A stretch of DNA of 64,000 bases from Faecalibacillus sp. (GTDB lineage Bacteria > Bacillota_I > Bacilli_A > RFN20 > CAG-826), in assembly GCA_963588175.1 (NCBI GenBank), contig CAVAGP010000002.1, positions 51,515 to 115,514 of the forward strand, given 5' to 3'. Every line of letters begins with the position of its first letter. Positions within the stretch are counted from its first letter, which is position 1. The translations under genes and the position numbers were made by a program. The notes beneath the pieces were generated by a model. That model ran no database searches and was not told where the DNA came from. It was given only the letters and a program-made list of their open reading frames with translations. Shown piece by piece: positions 61,123 through 64,000 of the stretch.

Positions 61123-62676
61123 CTACTTCCGTATTTGTCCGGTTTTACCCCCCGTATATCGTAGTTCCGTAATATGTTTGCAGTCCTTACCGTTAATCTG
61201 TCTTCTCCCAAGGTCGACAAATCTGTAAGGTAAATTATATTTTTCTAAATACTCGTTTACAATTAATACAGATTTTGAAGAGCGATTTTGACTCCGAGGT
61301 ATCTTCAACTCTTCGATAAACTGATTACGTTCACTCGCATTTAAAAAAATACGACCTCGATTTTTATCCAATAATTCTCTCCGAAAATCATGTGGATTAA
61401 AATCTCGTAGCGGATAAGAAAACCCATACTTATCTTGTACATACTCCAGATACGATTTGCCACTATCTAAAATATCTCTGAATACACTAAGACAGTTCTG
61501 AGCATATAAGAATCTTCCCATAACAGGGGAGAGGTATATTCTTTTCGTGGCTTCATCGTATCTATTCCAAACAGAATCCTTAGTAGCTTCTACAACTACA
61601 CCGTAATGTCGAATAAATGCAGATTCATCGTATTCGCCTAAAAACAAACACTTCTCATATGTACGCTGCAAGGCTTCGCACCGTTTCCAAATTAAATCCA
61701 AAGGTTGTTCTTTTAAATAAAAAGTAATCATCTCATCTGAGTTCAATCGCCTGCGGCCCAAACACTGAATACTTTGTTCAACATCCATTATATTAGATAC
61801 CACAGTTGTAATCTCAGGATCGTAAAGATTGACCCCTACATCCATACTAGTAGTAGCAAATAAGAATTGTTTCGGGAGATGATCTGGATGCTGAAGCATT
61901 TCATTTCTCATCCAAACCTCTGCTGGAGTCATAGAATTCGTCTTATTTGATTCAGAACATACATACATAGAATTAGGATATAATTCACATAGACTCCGTG
62001 CTTGCTGGGTTCTGTTCAAAAAGAAAATCCCCTTCTCGTCATTGCTAGATATAATAGAAGCAATAGATGATAATTGAATATCAGAGCTAAAGCCTTGTAA
62101 ATATACTTTGCTGTAATCCATAGGTATCTTTAATTCCCAGTAGGGAACCTCATCGCCATGCAGCTCCTGAATATGTTTATCCAGCCCCCGCGGAGTGGCA
62201 GACATAAAGAATCTTCTACAGGGATGCTGCATCACAGCCTCTACTAAATGGTATGTATAGTATGCGTCCTTTAATATTGCATCTGAACTTATATGATGGT
62301 ATTCATCTAATACAATAATATCATACAAGTCTAAATCAAATGGTATTCTCTGTTCCATACAATATTCATATTGCTGATATCCGATTACCGTTATTCTATC
62401 TGATGTATCAGCTTCATTAATCTCTATAAGCATTTGTCTCTTCGTAACAATTCTATTCTCAAATATCAGTATCTTCAAATCAAGCTCTTGCGCTGCTTGG
62501 TAAAGATTATGTGTAGCAAAGTATGTTTTGCCACCTCCAGTACCAACCGTTAAAAATACTGAACTGTTCTCCGGCATAGAGAGTATAGCATCTACAGAAA
62601 TTAAATCTGATACCTTTGTAGTTAATGTTGTAAATCCACTAACATCCAAACTCGCAAGTTCGGAAATATTCTTCAA
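61123..62676 (-). CDS. SF2 helicase (DEAH-like box)
   Basis: Walker A LTVGTGGGKTYFA, motif II IIVLDEYHH, and SAT-like MSATP. The C-terminal domain has ...QCLGRRR. Confidence 0.75.
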   Translation of the reverse strand: MKNISELASLDVSGFTTLTTKVSDLISVDAILSMPENSSVFLTVGTGGGKTYFATHNLYQAAQELDLKILIFENRIVTKRQMLIEINEADTSDRITVIGYQQYEYCMEQRIPFDLDLYDIIVLDEYHHISSDAILKDAYYTYHLVEAVMQHPCRRFFMSATPRGLDKHIQELHGDEVPYWELKIPMDYSKVYLQGFSSDIQLSSIASIISSNDEKGIFFLNRTQQARSLCELYPNSMYVCSESNKTNSMTPAEVWMRNEMLQHPDHLPKQFLFATTSMDVGVNLYDPEITTVVSNIMDVEQSIQCLGRRRLNSDEMITFYLKEQPLDLIWKRCEALQRTYEKCLFLGEYDESAFIRHYGVVVEATKDSVWNRYDEATKRIYLSPVMGRFLYAQNCLSVFRDILDSGKSYLEYVQDKYGFSYPLRDFNPHDFRRELLDKNRGRIFLNASERNQFIEELKIPRSQNRSSKSVLIVNEYLEKYNLPYRFVDLGRRQINGKDCKHITELRYTGGKTGQIRK

Positions 62677-62957
62677 TTAATAACCTCCCAGTGTAAATGA
62701 CATATAAATATTCAAAAGATATATCTGATAAATTACCAGTAAATCAATATCTAAAAGATATACTTGAATCTATTATAAAATCAAATACAGTATATGTCAA
62801 TCTCTATTAGAGCTTTTACCGGTACAATTTTTAATTTATTATTTGATATACTTTTACCACTCTAACAGAGATGGGGATGTCTATAATTTAATTTGAATCT
62901 TCTAGTAAGATTTAATCTCATCGCTGAGATCTGGAGTGATGTCATTTATACAAGATA

Positions 62958-62990
62958 GAAACGCATAGCGTTTCGTTTTTTATTTTTTTA
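62958..62990 (+). terminator. Candidate plus-strand terminator
   Basis: GAAACG-cauag-CGUUUC followed by GUUUUUUAUUUUUUU. The transcript it ends is not identified. Confidence 0.4.
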
Positions 62991-64000
62991 TAATCTATAA
63001 TAGAAAGCTGCGTCTTCCTCACTGAAGCGTGAGGTCCGCGCCGGATTTACGTTAGGGTAGAAGATGTAGTAAAGCACCGCGCTCCTCAATATGTGTCACA
63101 GAACTGGGACACTATACTACCAGTCCTTCTCGTTCCTACCTTATATATAGTATAACAGACATCGTGCAAATTGTCAATATGTTTTTAGAAGTATAACTAA
63201 GGTTTGAGAATAACACTATTACTGGAATTCTTAACTTTTTTGTATTGATTTTGTACTAGCAAAAGACTGTCTGACAGTTTGTAGCGACTGGTTTTCAAAA
63301 AATTTCATCTTTAAGTTTTACATATTTACTGGAATTTTTATAGAAATTTTGCAGAAAAACAAAAGAAAATCGTAGAAAAAGTTATAAATTTTATTTATTT
63401 TTGTAGAAAATATAGAAAAAATTATGTAAAAAGTTTTAATGTTTGCAGAATTAATTGAGTTTAAATTTTAAAATTAAGGTAAAGAATGACGAACTATAGT
63501 GCTGGAATAAAATCAAAACGGTTGAAAAATGTTAAATATACCCCCATCTTGTGCAGAAAATGAATGGTTTTGTACCCGAAAATGTTAGATATAAGATCCC
63601 CAAAAATAGCGATTGTTAGCACAATTCCGACAGGATGTAAAGTAAACTTGACATTACACGAAAAATCGTCCTTGAAAGTTTTCCATATCCACCGAGAAAC
63701 TTTCGATTCTATGAACATATGAACAACCATTCATATGTACCAAAATACTAAATAAATCAAAATAAATCCATAATTAAACCCAGTAAATTATCATTAAATA
63801 TCACACTATTACTACAAAAATTAAAATAATTGACCTCAAAAAGCACATATTAAAATGCTTATATAAAATCAAAAATAATCACAAAAATGATACCATCAGA
63901 TACCCGCGCCACATCTGGTCTCCTATCGGGCGACGGGGGAGAGATGCACCCGCTCAAGGTGTTCCGCGCGCCCTCACCTTTAACTGTTAATTACTGTAAA

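Noticed and set aside
63494-63730. 78-aa minus-strand ORF in the AT-rich right-end region.
   Set aside because: It has no SD or promoter. It is isolated in non-coding-looking AT-rich DNA, and its hydrophobicity is probably a codon-composition artefact. It is not supported as a gene.

Overview
The window is most of a low-GC, Firmicutes-type siphovirus-like temperate phage. Almost every gene is on the minus strand. It also has a plasmid-style maintenance block, so a phage-plasmid lifestyle is plausible.

Gene order from left to right:
- ligA fragment
- RHH-ParA-ParB operon
- Divergent rep-like gene plus seven 24-bp dyad repeats
- Lysis cassette
- LRR receptor-binding protein
- 1877-aa tail protein and Dit
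- Tape-measure gene (TMP)
- Tail, neck and head genes
- Portal and TerL
- Tyrosine recombinase and HU
- RdRP/YonO-like RNA polymerase
- ParB-nuclease gene
- TnpB insertion sequence
- Small early genes
- SF2 helicase

Main observations from reading the sequence by eye:
1. There are five group I introns. Two interrupt the RdRP/YonO-like polymerase, one of them inside the catalytic DFD|GD motif. Three interrupt the tape-measure gene.
2. The third TMP intron has a topologically complete core. The rest of the TMP (2219 codons, no start codon or SD of its own) resumes in frame only 7.1 kb later.
3. That 7.1 kb holds a toxin-antitoxin island: five Panacea/DUF4065-like antitoxin genes with different partners, a ToxIN-like type III module, a type I module, an sRNA and a zinc-ribbon gene.
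4. Two paralogous type I toxin/antisense-RNA loci share one architecture and show a compensatory base change in a 5'-3' fold-back.
5. A consensus-promoter antisense transcript with a 23-aa basic ORF lies between terL and portal.

All family assignments rest on motifs I recognise by eye. No database or covariance-model search was run. Splice sites and RNA ends are predictions.
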